In this document: positions 53,066 to 62,802 of the stretch, one piece after another
How positions within the stretch are numbered: position 1 is the first letter of the stretch
Layout: every line of letters starts with the position of its first letter
NCBI GenBank assembly: GCA_043756645.1
Contig: JAYUQS010000131.1
Coordinates: 7,158 to 71,157 of the forward strand
DNA from: Hyphomicrobiales bacterium
Lineage (GTDB): Bacteria > Pseudomonadota > Alphaproteobacteria > Rhizobiales > Aestuariivirgaceae
DNA length: 64,000 bases
Direction: 5' to 3'
Translations under genes and position numbers: made by a program
The notes under the pieces: model-generated
The model's database searches: none
Seen by the model: the letters and a program-made list of their open reading frames with translations, nothing else
Told to the model about the DNA's origin: nothing

Positions 53066-53433
53066 CCCCCGCTGAATTTGACACCCGCCGCCGTCTTCTT
53101 GGTCTTTCGATTGAAGAAACGGCGGAGTGGTGTGGAGCCAACCGCGTGACGGTGCAGCGCTGGACAAAAGGCCAATCGCGCATTGACCCACGCGCCATTG
53201 ACAGGCTTGAAGAACTGGAAGACGGCATGGCAGCAGCAGTAGAGCGAGCGGTGGCCACGGTCAAAAATCACAACGGCCCCGTGCCGCTCTTCCGTTATCG
53301 CAGTCAAGCAGCGGTTGACGCGGCACCTCACGCGTCGGGAATGCCTCTGGGTGCTCACGCCATTCTAATCGGTTGGACCGCCGATGCCTTGGAAGATGCA
53401 GGGCATGCCGTTGAAATCGTCTGGGGTGATTAA
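53062..53433 (+). CDS. Aca2-like HTH regulator (DUF1870/YdiL-type)
   Basis: MTPAEFDTRRRLLGLSIEETAEWCG...VQRWTKGQSRI HTH, plus C-terminal PLFRYRS...H...GW segment, matching my recollection of the Aca2 two-part architecture; 123 aa. Confidence 0.75.
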   Translation: MTPAEFDTRRRLLGLSIEETAEWCGANRVTVQRWTKGQSRIDPRAIDRLEELEDGMAAAVERAVATVKNHNGPVPLFRYRSQAAVDAAPHASGMPLGAHAILIGWTADALEDAGHAVEIVWGD

Positions 53434-53453
53434 GTGGCGTTTCCGAGTAGCGA

Positions 53454-53678
53454 TCATTTTGGTTGATCTTTCTTTTTGGGGATGCACCAATACTCGGCAG
53501 GATAGGGTCTTTGCCGCGTTGGGTATAGCGGCACCACCTCTACATAACCGCCTGTCGCTACGCAGTGTTCTGTGAATGCTGTTAACTGCTTTAGCTCTTT
53601 TTTTCCGAGGACAACGATCAGAAATATCCCTGATACCACCAGGCTGACTACAATTGCACTGTATTGCCGTCCGGTCAC
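53454..53678 (-). CDS. Small membrane-anchored protein next to attR (74 aa)
   Basis: N-terminal TM and a Cys pair; GTG start directly follows the attP-form integrase stop codon. Confidence 0.55.
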   Translation of the reverse strand: MTGRQYSAIVVSLVVSGIFLIVVLGKKELKQLTAFTEHCVATGGYVEVVPLYPTRQRPYPAEYWCIPKKKDQPK

Positions 53679-53719
53679 TTACGCCACCTTACCGATTAGA
53701 ACGAAGGTGGGGGCTTGAC

Positions 53720-53741
53720 CAACTCCCTCTCCCGCTACCAT
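53720..53741 (+). repeat. attR core (tRNA-Met 3' fragment)
   Basis: Identical to 7620-7641. Confidence 0.95.
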
Positions 53742-53746
53742 TTCTT

Positions 53747-55039
53747 CTAAACAATGCCGGAAGACGAACCTGCTATGGCAGGGCGTTCGCTGGTTTTCGC
53801 CGCACGATAACCTGAGGCGCGGTAGCAGCTCCACGGGTGCAGGGCACCACCTTTGCGTTTGCGGGCCTCGCACATGATAGAGGTGACGTCGGAATTAAAT
53901 GCGGTTTTGAGCAGGCGGTGCGCACCCATGACATCGCCGCTGTTTTGCAGGTCAGTGAGCTTGGCGCGATCGATGATGAGCGCCTTGGCATAAGCCCTTG
54001 TGATTTCCATTGCAGAGCCCATCAGACTCTCAATTGGGTCAGTGACGTTGTGGGATTGGTCAATCATGTAAGCGGGATTAAAGCCTGGGGCTTTGCGGTG
54101 TTCGGCATCGACCAATTCGTTGAACACAAGGAACAGTCGGAAGGGATCAACCGAACCTGAGTCCAAATCATCATCGCCATATTTCGAGTCATTGAAATGG
54201 AAGCCCGCGAGTTTTTTCGCATGAACAAGCCGTGCTACAATTTGTTCAATATTGGTGTTGGGCGCATGGTGGCCCAAGTCCACGAGGCATTTGGCTTTTT
54301 CGCCCAGCTCTTGGGCGGCCATAAGGCTTGATCCCCAATCAGATATGACTGTTGAGTAAAACGCAGGCTCATACATTTTGTGTTCGAGGAATACGTCCAT
54401 GTTTTTGGGCAGTGCGTCGTAAATGGTGCGCAAGCTATCGAGGTAATGATCGAATACTTTGGTGAGGTTTGATTGTCCGGGGAAATTGGAGCCATCTGCT
54501 ATCCAAACTGTCAAAGCGTTGGAACCCAATTGCTTGCCAATTTCGATACATTCAATGTTGTGTGCGACCGCCTGTTCACGCGTGGCTTTGTCCGCATGAG
54601 TAAGGGAGCCGAATTTATAGGACAGCTTTTGATTGGCCTGATCTTGGAAGGTGTTGGAATTCACCGCGTCAAAGCCCAATTCATATTGCGACGCTTCCTG
54701 CTTCAATGCGCGATAGTCAGACACCTTGTCCCACGGAAAATGCGGGGAGACATTGGGTGTATGACGCGTGAGTTGGTTGATCACACCGCAGTCTTCCAAC
54801 TTGTCATGAATATTGCGTGGTTCACCGGGCCCCGGGAAGCGGGCAAAACGTGTGCCACCGGTGCCAACACCCCAAGTGGGTACGGCCACGGCATAATCCA
54901 TGACCTTGGTGGTTATGGTTTCAATGTTGATGCCACTGCGCTCCAACTGGCGGGCAAGGTGCGCATAGTCCTCATCATGTGCCGCTTGCGACTTGGCATT
55001 GTGGTTGGCGATGAAGTCGGAGGAGATCGAAAAAGTCAT
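53747..55039 (-). CDS. rhaI: L-rhamnose catabolism isomerase
   Basis: PTWGVGTGGTRFARF, EHKMYEP, DLGHH and HFNDSKYGDDDL motifs. Confidence 0.93.
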   Translation of the reverse strand: MTFSISSDFIANHNAKSQAAHDEDYAHLARQLERSGINIETITTKVMDYAVAVPTWGVGTGGTRFARFPGPGEPRNIHDKLEDCGVINQLTRHTPNVSPHFPWDKVSDYRALKQEASQYELGFDAVNSNTFQDQANQKLSYKFGSLTHADKATREQAVAHNIECIEIGKQLGSNALTVWIADGSNFPGQSNLTKVFDHYLDSLRTIYDALPKNMDVFLEHKMYEPAFYSTVISDWGSSLMAAQELGEKAKCLVDLGHHAPNTNIEQIVARLVHAKKLAGFHFNDSKYGDDDLDSGSVDPFRLFLVFNELVDAEHRKAPGFNPAYMIDQSHNVTDPIESLMGSAMEITRAYAKALIIDRAKLTDLQNSGDVMGAHRLLKTAFNSDVTSIMCEARKRKGGALHPWSCYRASGYRAAKTSERPAIAGSSSGIV

Positions 55040-55062
55040 GGCATATCTTTCCGGGGCAAGTG

Positions 55063-55158
55063 CCCCACCCCTGCCCCTCCCCATAGAATGGAGACGGGTG
55101 AGGCGTTGTGGGCTGTTTCTCACCCCTCTCCGCTATGCGGGGAGGGGCAGGGGTGGGG
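55063..55158. repeat. Intergenic REP-like palindrome
   Basis: 20-bp perfect inverted repeat CCCCACCCCTGCCCCTCCCC (55063-55082 / 55139-55158). Confidence 0.75.
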
Positions 55159-55170
55159 ACTTAGAATTAC

Positions 55171-57237
55171 TTACCTTGTGAACGAAGCCAAATGGCCTGC
55201 ATCCACATTCAAAATATTGCCGGTAGATTTATTAGAAGCATCCGACGCAAACCAATAAACCGCTTCTGCAATATCCTCCGGATAAACACTGCGCTGTAAC
55301 AGTGAGCGCTTGCGATAATGATCTTCCAATTCCTCTGGTTTGATTTTCAAGCTCGCAGCACGGCTTTGGCGAAAACCTTCGGACATGATTTTTGAACCGC
55401 GTAATACAGCATCCGGGTTCACAGTATTCACGCGAATGCCAAAGGCCGCGCCTTCTGCAGCGAGCACGCGGGCGAGGTGGATTTCCATGGCTTTCATCGC
55501 GCCATAGGCGGATGTGCCAGGGGAGGCGACCATGCCGTTTTTCGAGGCGATGTAAATCATCGAACCTGCACAGTTTTGGCGCTTCAACAGTTTGAAGCCT
55601 TCGCGGCCCACGAGGAAATAACCAGTGCCCAGAATGGCCAATTGTTTATTCCAAACCTCGAGCGACGTATCCTCAGCAGGGGCTGGAATGGCGATGCCAG
55701 CGTTGTTCACGACAATGTCGAGACCGCCAAATCGCGCGACTGTGCTTTCAAAGCCCGCAATCACAGCGGCTTCCGAGGTCACATCCAAATTGACGGTATG
55801 GACATTGTCTTTGCCGAAACGTTTGCCAAAATCAGCAGCGACGTCCGCCATGCCCGTATCATTGATGTCGGCAATGGTCACGCATGCGCCTTGTGACGCA
55901 AGTTTTTCCGCAATTGCCAAACCAATACCTGACGCTGCACCCGTGACCAATGCCACCCGCCCCTGCAGCGGTTTTGGTTTTGGCATGCGAGCCAGTTTGG
56001 CTTCTTCCAACAACCAATACTCGATGTTGAAAGCTTCTTGCTCATCCAAGCCTTTGTATTTCGAAACGCCCGACGCCCCGCGCATGACGTTGATGGCGTT
56101 GATATAAAATTCCGCAGCAATGCGGGCCGTGGCGCGGTCTTTGGCGAATGAGATCAAACCGACTTGCGGCACCAGATAAATCACTGCATTTGGATCACGC
56201 ATTGCCGGAGAGTTCGCATGTTTGCAGCGTTCATAATAAGCCGCATAGCCATCGCGATAATCTTGTAACAACGTATCAAGCGCCGCGCCATCAGCATCAT
56301 GTGGCACACTAAGCGGGCGGATTTTTGTGCGCAGGAAGTGATCGGGGCAGGATGTTCCGAGAGGGGCTAGGGTATCCAGCTGTTTCGAATTTACAAATTC
56401 CAAAACTTCCGGTGCATCCGTAAAATGCCCGACTTTGTATTCTTCTTTTGAAATTCGCCCGCGAATATCAGGCATCAAGCGAACAACAGCAACGCGACGC
56501 TCAGCATCGGAAAGTGATTTCACCTTCTCACCACCGAAGGCCGGCTTCTTGCGGTTGTCATCCAGCCAGGCAGAAGCCTTGTTGATGATCCGTAGTGTCG
56601 TTTCGTAGCAACTCTTTGCCGTGTCACCCCAGGTAAACAATCCATGTCCGCCCAAGACCACGCCTACAAGTTTCGGATTTGCAGCGGCCATGTTGCCGAG
56701 CTTAATGCCGAGATCAATGCCCGGTCGCTGCCATGGCAAATAGCCCATTTCTTCACCAAACACTTTTTTGGTAAGCGCTTCTGAATCTTCCGCAGCAGCA
56801 ATTGCAATCACGGCATCCGAATGCACATGATCAACATGCGCGTAGGACACATAGCCATGCAAACAGGTATCTATGGAGGGCGCACGCGGATTCAAATTGA
56901 AAGTACAATGATTGAGCGCATGCACCATCGCATCTTCTTGCTCCACGTTTTTGTAGAGCGATTTCAGCGCAATCAATTTGTCCATATACAGCGTGGCAAA
57001 ACCATCCAGCTTCATCGATCCAATATCACCGCCCGAACCTTTGATCCACATCACGCTGACATCAACGCCGGTGAGCGGATCTTTGTGCTTCACCTTTGCC
57101 GACGTGTTGCCGCCGCCGAAGTTGGTGATGCGCAAGTCCGCACCTAGAAGATTGGACCGATAAAGCAGTAAACCCGACTCATCGAGGGTGTTAGCGCGGG
57201 CATCGTTCCACAAGGACTTGAGCAATTGGTTTGTCAT
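55171..57237 (-). CDS. rhaD: Bifunctional rhamnulose-1-phosphate aldolase/short-chain dehydrogenase
   Basis: NFGGGNTSAK, HVDHVH aldolase domain and TGAASGIG...YGAMK SDR domain. Confidence 0.92.
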   Translation of the reverse strand: MTNQLLKSLWNDARANTLDESGLLLYRSNLLGADLRITNFGGGNTSAKVKHKDPLTGVDVSVMWIKGSGGDIGSMKLDGFATLYMDKLIALKSLYKNVEQEDAMVHALNHCTFNLNPRAPSIDTCLHGYVSYAHVDHVHSDAVIAIAAAEDSEALTKKVFGEEMGYLPWQRPGIDLGIKLGNMAAANPKLVGVVLGGHGLFTWGDTAKSCYETTLRIINKASAWLDDNRKKPAFGGEKVKSLSDAERRVAVVRLMPDIRGRISKEEYKVGHFTDAPEVLEFVNSKQLDTLAPLGTSCPDHFLRTKIRPLSVPHDADGAALDTLLQDYRDGYAAYYERCKHANSPAMRDPNAVIYLVPQVGLISFAKDRATARIAAEFYINAINVMRGASGVSKYKGLDEQEAFNIEYWLLEEAKLARMPKPKPLQGRVALVTGAASGIGLAIAEKLASQGACVTIADINDTGMADVAADFGKRFGKDNVHTVNLDVTSEAAVIAGFESTVARFGGLDIVVNNAGIAIPAPAEDTSLEVWNKQLAILGTGYFLVGREGFKLLKRQNCAGSMIYIASKNGMVASPGTSAYGAMKAMEIHLARVLAAEGAAFGIRVNTVNPDAVLRGSKIMSEGFRQSRAASLKIKPEELEDHYRKRSLLQRSVYPEDIAEAVYWFASDASNKSTGNILNVDAGHLASFTR

Positions 57238-57370
57238 GATGCGTCAACATATGATCATGATCGCTCACCGTCAAACCAAAACCGAACTTATTGCGCCGCA
57301 ATATGGTATCGCAATGCACAATCGTGATTCATCCTTGACGATAGTGAGCGAACGTGAGTAGTTTTGAGCA

Positions 57371-58171
57371 ATGCACGAAAGAGAACGGTGGCAAAAAATA
57401 CTGACGATGGTGCGCGAGCGCCGGGTTATTCGTGTCACATCGCTCATGGATGAATTGCATGCATCGTCGGCTACCTTGCGGCGCGATCTGGTGAAATTGG
57501 AGGAGATGGGCCAGCTCAAACGTGTGCATGGCGGGGCTGAAGCGATTGAGGCAGCGCAGCAATCCCACCTCACAACGCCATCATTCGGGTTGGGCCAGAC
57601 ATTAAATTCAGAACGCAAACGTGCGGTAGCACGCGTTGCTGCAAGCATGTGCAGCGACGGTGATTCAATCATTATCAATGCCGGTTCGACCACGTGGTTC
57701 ATGGCGGAATTTTTGCGCGATCGCCGCATGCAAATTCTGACAAACTCAGTTCCGATTGCGAATGAATTAATTGCGACAAGCGACAATCGCATTGTGCTGC
57801 CCGGTGGAGAAGTTTACCGTGAGCAAGGCATTATTCTTTCGCCTTTCGACGAAGATGCGATTCAACATTTCACGGCGTCGAAAATGTTTATGAGTTGCTA
57901 TGGCATTTCGCAAATGGGCATCATTGAAGGTGATCCGCTGATCGCACGCGCAGAAGCAAAATTATTGTCGCGGGCCGAACAGCTTGTTGTCATTGCTGAC
58001 TCTTCAAAGTTTGAGCAGCGGGGCAGTATGGCGGTGTGTCAATTGTCACGCGTTTCAACGTTGATCACGGATTCAGGTGCGCCTGCTGCGGTGCTTGACA
58101 TCATCCGAGCGGCGGGTGTGAATGTCATTGTTTTGAATTTTGAACCAAATTCGGTTTCGGTGGCTGCATGA
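57371..58171 (+). CDS. rhaR: DeoR-family regulator of rhamnose genes
   Basis: SATLRRDLVKLEE...RVHGGA HTH; INAGSTT. Confidence 0.9.
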   Translation: MHERERWQKILTMVRERRVIRVTSLMDELHASSATLRRDLVKLEEMGQLKRVHGGAEAIEAAQQSHLTTPSFGLGQTLNSERKRAVARVAASMCSDGDSIIINAGSTTWFMAEFLRDRRMQILTNSVPIANELIATSDNRIVLPGGEVYREQGIILSPFDEDAIQHFTASKMFMSCYGISQMGIIEGDPLIARAEAKLLSRAEQLVVIADSSKFEQRGSMAVCQLSRVSTLITDSGAPAAVLDIIRAAGVNVIVLNFEPNSVSVAA

Positions 58172-58243
58172 GCTGCATGTCCCAAAACCGTGTCAGCCGG
58201 AGCACCACAAGGCGCTTCATAATGTCAACATTGGGAGGACTAC

Positions 58244-59263
58244 ATGTATAAGACAAATCGCCGTCAGGCGCTTAAACTGATGTCAGCAGGTGCGCTTGCT
58301 GCAACAGGCACAGGCCTGTTTGCAGGCATTGCCCGTGCCGAAGGAAAACGCATTGCCATGGTCGTGAAGAACCTCGGCAACAGCTATTTCGATGCATGCT
58401 CTAAAGGTGCCATGGAAGCTGCAAAGGAAGTGGGTGGTTATGAAGTCATTTACACCGCCTCGACCAAAGCAACTGCTGAAGAACAAATTGCTGTGATCGA
58501 TGCTTTGATTGCGCAAAAAGTAGACGGTATCATCGTATCGTCAAATGACGCCAATGCTTTGGTACCGGTCGGCAAAAAAGCTATGGAACGCGGCATCAAG
58601 GTGATCTCGTTTGACTCGGCCATCGCCAAAGAAGGCACGATCATGCATCTCAACGCATCGTCAACGCCATTGATTGGTGCCAAGCAAGTGCAGATGATTG
58701 CGAAGACCCTTGGTGGCAAAGGTGAAGTGGCCATTCTTTCGGCGGCTTCAACAATGACCAACCAGAACTCATGGATTGATGCCATGAAGGAAGAATGGAA
58801 GAAGCCAGAGTATAAGGACATGCCTTTGGTTGCCACTGTTTACGGCGACGACCAGGACGACAAGAGCTATCGCGAAATGCAAGGTTTGGTGAAAGCATAT
58901 CCAAATCTGCGCGGCGTGATTTCACCAACCACTATTGGCATTCGTGCTGGTGCAAAGGCTATCATTGATGGCGGCCTGATCGGCAAAGTGTTCATCACCG
59001 GCCTCGGCCTGCCTTCAGAAATGAAGGAAGGTGTATTGAAAGGCGCATGCGATACATTCGCCATCTGGAATCCGGTGGACTATGGCTATTCAGCCACCCA
59101 GATCATGATCAACATCTTGAACGGTGCTGATGCTGGGCCGGGCAAAACCGTAAAAATGGGCCGCATGGGCGAAACCACTATTGGTGAAGACGGCCAAGCT
59201 GCCATGGGAGACCCCTTCGTGTTCGACAAGTCGAACGTCGAAGAATTCGCCAAAATTTTCTAA
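58244..59263 (+). CDS. rhaS: Rhamnose ABC transporter substrate-binding protein
   Basis: Tat-like signal; VKNLGNSYFDA and WNPVDYGY motifs. Confidence 0.9.
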   Translation: MYKTNRRQALKLMSAGALAATGTGLFAGIARAEGKRIAMVVKNLGNSYFDACSKGAMEAAKEVGGYEVIYTASTKATAEEQIAVIDALIAQKVDGIIVSSNDANALVPVGKKAMERGIKVISFDSAIAKEGTIMHLNASSTPLIGAKQVQMIAKTLGGKGEVAILSAASTMTNQNSWIDAMKEEWKKPEYKDMPLVATVYGDDQDDKSYREMQGLVKAYPNLRGVISPTTIGIRAGAKAIIDGGLIGKVFITGLGLPSEMKEGVLKGACDTFAIWNPVDYGYSATQIMINILNGADAGPGKTVKMGRMGETTIGEDGQAAMGDPFVFDKSNVEEFAKIF

Positions 59264-59267
59264 CAAC

Positions 59268-59298
59268 AAGGGCGGGGTGTTTTGCACCCCGTCCTTTT
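59268..59298 (+). terminator. Hairpin/terminator after rhaS
   Basis: GGGCGGGGTG-TTTTG-CACCCCGTCC-TTTT. Confidence 0.6.
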
Positions 59299-59309
59299 CA
59301 CTGTGAATC

Positions 59310-60809
59310 ATGACAGCACACATTCTCAGTCTATCCGGCGTCTCGAAATCCTTTCCGGGCGTGCGCGCCCTTCATGACATTTCGCTGGCTTTAAAGGCCG
59401 GAGAAGTGACGGCGCTGGTTGGCGAAAATGGTGCGGGTAAATCCACCATCGTCAAAATCCTCACTGGAATTTACACACCAGACTCCGGCGAAATTCGTGT
59501 TCGCGATCAAGTTCAAAGCTTTTCATCACCGCGTGATTCTTGGTCAGCAGGCATAGCTGCAATTCATCAGGAAACTGTGATGTTCGATGAGCTGTCGGTG
59601 GCTGAGAACATTTTCATGGGTCACATGCCGGTGAAAAGTTCAAAGCTCGTGGACTGGGCCACGATGAATCTACAAGCAGATGCCTTGCTCAAGCGTGTGG
59701 ATGCAAGTTTCAGCTCTTCGACGAAGTTAAAAGAATTGTCAGTTGCGCAGAAACATCTCGTTGAAATCACGCGAGCACTCAGCCACGACGCCTCACTGAT
59801 CATCATGGACGAACCGACGGCTGCTTTGTCCCGCAATGAAATTGACGAACTCTTCCATATCATCGCGCAGTTGAAAGCTGAGGGACGCGCCATCCTTTTC
59901 ATTTCCCACAAGTTCGACGAAATCTTCCGCGTCGCCGATCGTTTCGTATGTTTGCGTGACGGCGAAAAAGTGGGTGAGGGGCCCATCAGCAGCGTGACAG
60001 AGCCGAAACTCGTCAGCCTCATGGTCGGCAGGCCCATTGATCAGGTTTTCCCGAAGCGTAAAATCGAAATTGGCGAGACCGTTTTGAAAGTTGAGGGATT
60101 ATCAAACGCTACGGAGTTTGCGGATATCTCATTCGAACTGCGCAAAGGCGAAATTTTAGGTTTCTATGGCCTGGTTGGGGCAGGGCGGTCTGAGACCATG
60201 CAATGCCTTTTTGGTTTAACACCACCCACCAAAGGCACTGTGATTTTGAACGGCCAATCAATCAGTCTTTCATCACCTGAGCAATGTATCAAAGCGGGGA
60301 TCTCCTACGTTCCTGAAGACCGGCAACAACAAGGTGCCATATTGGATCTCACAATTCGAGAAAACATCACCCTCGTTTCAATCGCACAACACGTGCGCAA
60401 TCTTTTTCTTGATCGCTCTTCCGAACTTCAGTCCACCCGTGCATTGGGAAAACGCCTGGATGTGCGAGCAGCCCATTGGGAGCAAAATCTGGCTGAACTT
60501 TCGGGCGGCAATCAGCAAAAGGTTGTCATTGCCAAATGGCTTGCGGCCAATCCAAAAGTCATCATTCTCGATGAACCCACAAAAGGCATTGACGTTGGCT
60601 CTAAAGCGGCTGTGCACGACTTTATTGGTGAACTGGCGGAGCAGGGCCTCGCCGTTATTCTCGTGAGTTCAGAGTTGCCTGAAATCATGGGGTTGGCCGA
60701 CCGCGTTTTTGTCATGAAGGAAGGCCGCATCGCCAGCAGTTTTAATCGAGGCTCGTGGTCAGCTGAAGCCATTGTGTCGGCAGCAACTGGTTCACGGGAA
60801 GCGGCATGA
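59310..60809 (+). CDS. rhaT: Sugar ABC transporter ATP-binding protein
   Basis: GENGAGKST, MDEPT, LSGGNQQK, LDEPTKGID. Confidence 0.92.
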   Translation: MTAHILSLSGVSKSFPGVRALHDISLALKAGEVTALVGENGAGKSTIVKILTGIYTPDSGEIRVRDQVQSFSSPRDSWSAGIAAIHQETVMFDELSVAENIFMGHMPVKSSKLVDWATMNLQADALLKRVDASFSSSTKLKELSVAQKHLVEITRALSHDASLIIMDEPTAALSRNEIDELFHIIAQLKAEGRAILFISHKFDEIFRVADRFVCLRDGEKVGEGPISSVTEPKLVSLMVGRPIDQVFPKRKIEIGETVLKVEGLSNATEFADISFELRKGEILGFYGLVGAGRSETMQCLFGLTPPTKGTVILNGQSISLSSPEQCIKAGISYVPEDRQQQGAILDLTIRENITLVSIAQHVRNLFLDRSSELQSTRALGKRLDVRAAHWEQNLAELSGGNQQKVVIAKWLAANPKVIILDEPTKGIDVGSKAAVHDFIGELAEQGLAVILVSSELPEIMGLADRVFVMKEGRIASSFNRGSWSAEAIVSAATGSREAA

Positions 60810-61801
60810 GTCTCTTTTTCAAAAATCGTGAACTTGCACTGGCTTTGATCATCGGATTAATGGTGCTTGGCATAGGCCTTTATGCACCAGCCTTCGTTGC
60901 GCTGGATAATATTGCTTATGTGCTGGATGACACGTCTATTTTATTCATGATGGCTTTGGCGCAGATGATGGTGATCTTGACGCGGGGCATTGACTTGTCG
61001 GTCGCCTCCAACCTTGCGCTCAGCGGTATGTTCTCAGCATCGCTTGCCCAAAATTATCCTGAACTTCCTGTGATTGCTTATATTCTGCTTGGCATTGTAT
61101 CTGGTACCTTGCTTGGACTTTTCAATGGAGGGCTGATTTCTTATCTCGGCATTCCCCCCATTGCCATGACACTTGGAACTCTCGCTGCTTACCGCGGCTT
61201 AATCGTAGTTTATGGCGGCGGTAATCAGGTGAATGCAAGTGAGATGGGCGACGTGTTTCAAAATTTTCCGAAGACTCCTGTGATGGGTGTTACGGCGACA
61301 TTCTGGATTATGGTCGTTCTCGCCATCGTCGTTTGGATATTCTTGAACCATACACGCACAGGACGCGGGCTCTATGCTGTTGGTGGCAATCCAGTGGCAG
61401 CACGCTATTGTGGCGTTGATCTCAGCCGCCAGCAATTACTGGTCTATGTATTGTCTGGTGCGATTGCTGGATTGTGCGGCTATTTGTGGGTGGCGCGCTA
61501 TGGTGTGGCTTATTCTGAAATTGCATCGGGTTTTGAACTCACCATTATTGCTGCCTGCGTTATTGGCGGTGTGTCTATTGCGGGTGGCGTTGGCTCAGTG
61601 GCAGGCACATTGCTCGGAGCGTTGTTTTTTGGGGTCATTGTCAACGCGTTGCCAGTCATGCAAGTGACGCCATTCTGGCAGATGGCGATTTCGGGCACTG
61701 TCATTTTGGCAGCAGTCATTGTCAATGCAAGGAATGAGCGCAGAGTGGGTAAACTGATATTGCCAGAGGCGCGGCGCGCTGCAGCCGGAGGAAAATTATG
61801 A
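60806..61801 (+). CDS. rhaP: Rhamnose ABC transporter permease
   Basis: GIDLSV, TRTGRGLYAVGGNP, IGGVSIAGG. Confidence 0.88.
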   Translation: MSLFFKNRELALALIIGLMVLGIGLYAPAFVALDNIAYVLDDTSILFMMALAQMMVILTRGIDLSVASNLALSGMFSASLAQNYPELPVIAYILLGIVSGTLLGLFNGGLISYLGIPPIAMTLGTLAAYRGLIVVYGGGNQVNASEMGDVFQNFPKTPVMGVTATFWIMVVLAIVVWIFLNHTRTGRGLYAVGGNPVAARYCGVDLSRQQLLVYVLSGAIAGLCGYLWVARYGVAYSEIASGFELTIIAACVIGGVSIAGGVGSVAGTLLGALFFGVIVNALPVMQVTPFWQMAISGTVILAAVIVNARNERRVGKLILPEARRAAAGGKL

Positions 61802-62802
61802 TCGCCTCTTCACCGCGCAGTGACGTTTTGGATAGAGGGCCGTTTCGCTGGTCAGACTTCTTTTTGCGCTGGGAATTTATCCTTGCACTCCTGTTGTTGG
61901 GCGTTATGGTTATGGGCACTGTGATCTCGCCATACTTTCTCGACATCTGGACATTGTCTGATGCGACGTTCAATTTTTCGGAAAAAGCGATCATTGCTCT
62001 TCCCATGATGTTGCTGATTTTGACACGGGAGATTGATCTCTCGGTCGCGGCAATCATTGCCTTGGCGTCTTTGGCCATGGGGCTGTGTGCTGGATTGGGT
62101 TATGGCCCGTGGGCACTCGCAATTGTGGGGCTGATCGTCGGCTTGTTGTGTGGCGTGTTCAATGGCGTGTTGGTTACGAAAATTGGTTTACCGTCCATTG
62201 TTGTAACGATTGGCACCATGTCGCTGTTTCGAGGGCTTGCACAGGTGGTGTTGGGTGACCAAGCGGTGACAACTTATCCTGCCGGGTTCTCCACAATCGG
62301 TCAGGGCTATCTCTTGAAGTGGCCCCCCATTGCTTATTCGTTCGCCATATTTTTACTTCTTGCGGCGGTGTTCGCAATCGTCCTCCATCGTACGGCGACG
62401 GGGCGACGGTTGTTTGCCATTGGCAACAATCCAACTGCGGCGCAGTTTTCCGGTATTCCAGTTGATCGCATTAAGCTTGCATTGTTCAGTTTGACGGGTT
62501 TGATGGCGGGATTGGCTGCCGTGTTGCTGACGTCGCGCATCGGCTCCACCCGTTCCAATATCGCACTTGGGTGGGAGCTTGATATTATCACGATGGTGAT
62601 ATTGGGCGGGGTTTCCATTGCCGGTGGTATAGGGTCAATTGGTGGCGTGGTGCTGGCTGTTTTTGTTTTGGGCTTGGCTACGCTTGCACTGTCGTTGATC
62701 AATGTGCCGGGAATCGTCATCAGCGTTTTGATGGGGCTGCTGTTGATTATGTCGATTGCAGCCCCGATCATGATCCGGCGGGTGATGGGTTATCGTGGTT
62801 AA
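61798..62802 (+). CDS. rhaQ: Rhamnose ABC transporter permease
   Basis: REIDLSV, GRRLFAIGNNP, ELDIITMVILGG. Confidence 0.88.
   Translation: MIASSPRSDVLDRGPFRWSDFFLRWEFILALLLLGVMVMGTVISPYFLDIWTLSDATFNFSEKAIIALPMMLLILTREIDLSVAAIIALASLAMGLCAGLGYGPWALAIVGLIVGLLCGVFNGVLVTKIGLPSIVVTIGTMSLFRGLAQVVLGDQAVTTYPAGFSTIGQGYLLKWPPIAYSFAIFLLLAAVFAIVLHRTATGRRLFAIGNNPTAAQFSGIPVDRIKLALFSLTGLMAGLAAVLLTSRIGSTRSNIALGWELDIITMVILGGVSIAGGIGSIGGVVLAVFVLGLATLALSLINVPGIVISVLMGLLLIMSIAAPIMIRRVMGYRG

Larger units (their letters stand above)
7620..53741. mobile_element. Lambda-like temperate siphovirus prophage (46.1 kb) in tRNA-Met, apparently complete
   Basis: Flanking 22-bp direct repeats. Integrase, cI/cro switch, replication, cos/terminase, portal, protease-capsid, tail, tape measure and lysis modules occur in canonical order with no obvious frameshift in essential genes. 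Confidence 0.96.

Noticed and set aside
7642-53719. Solitary CRISPR repeat or mini-array (RNA anti-CRISPR) inside the prophage
   Set aside because: No copy of the 36-nt repeat or of either half was found by eye; only short chance matches such as GCAAGTGGTG near 52366.
53679-53873. 64-aa ORF across attR as an independent gene
   Set aside because: It overlaps the rhaI 3' end. Only its last 20 codons are meaningful, as the attP-form integrase tail.
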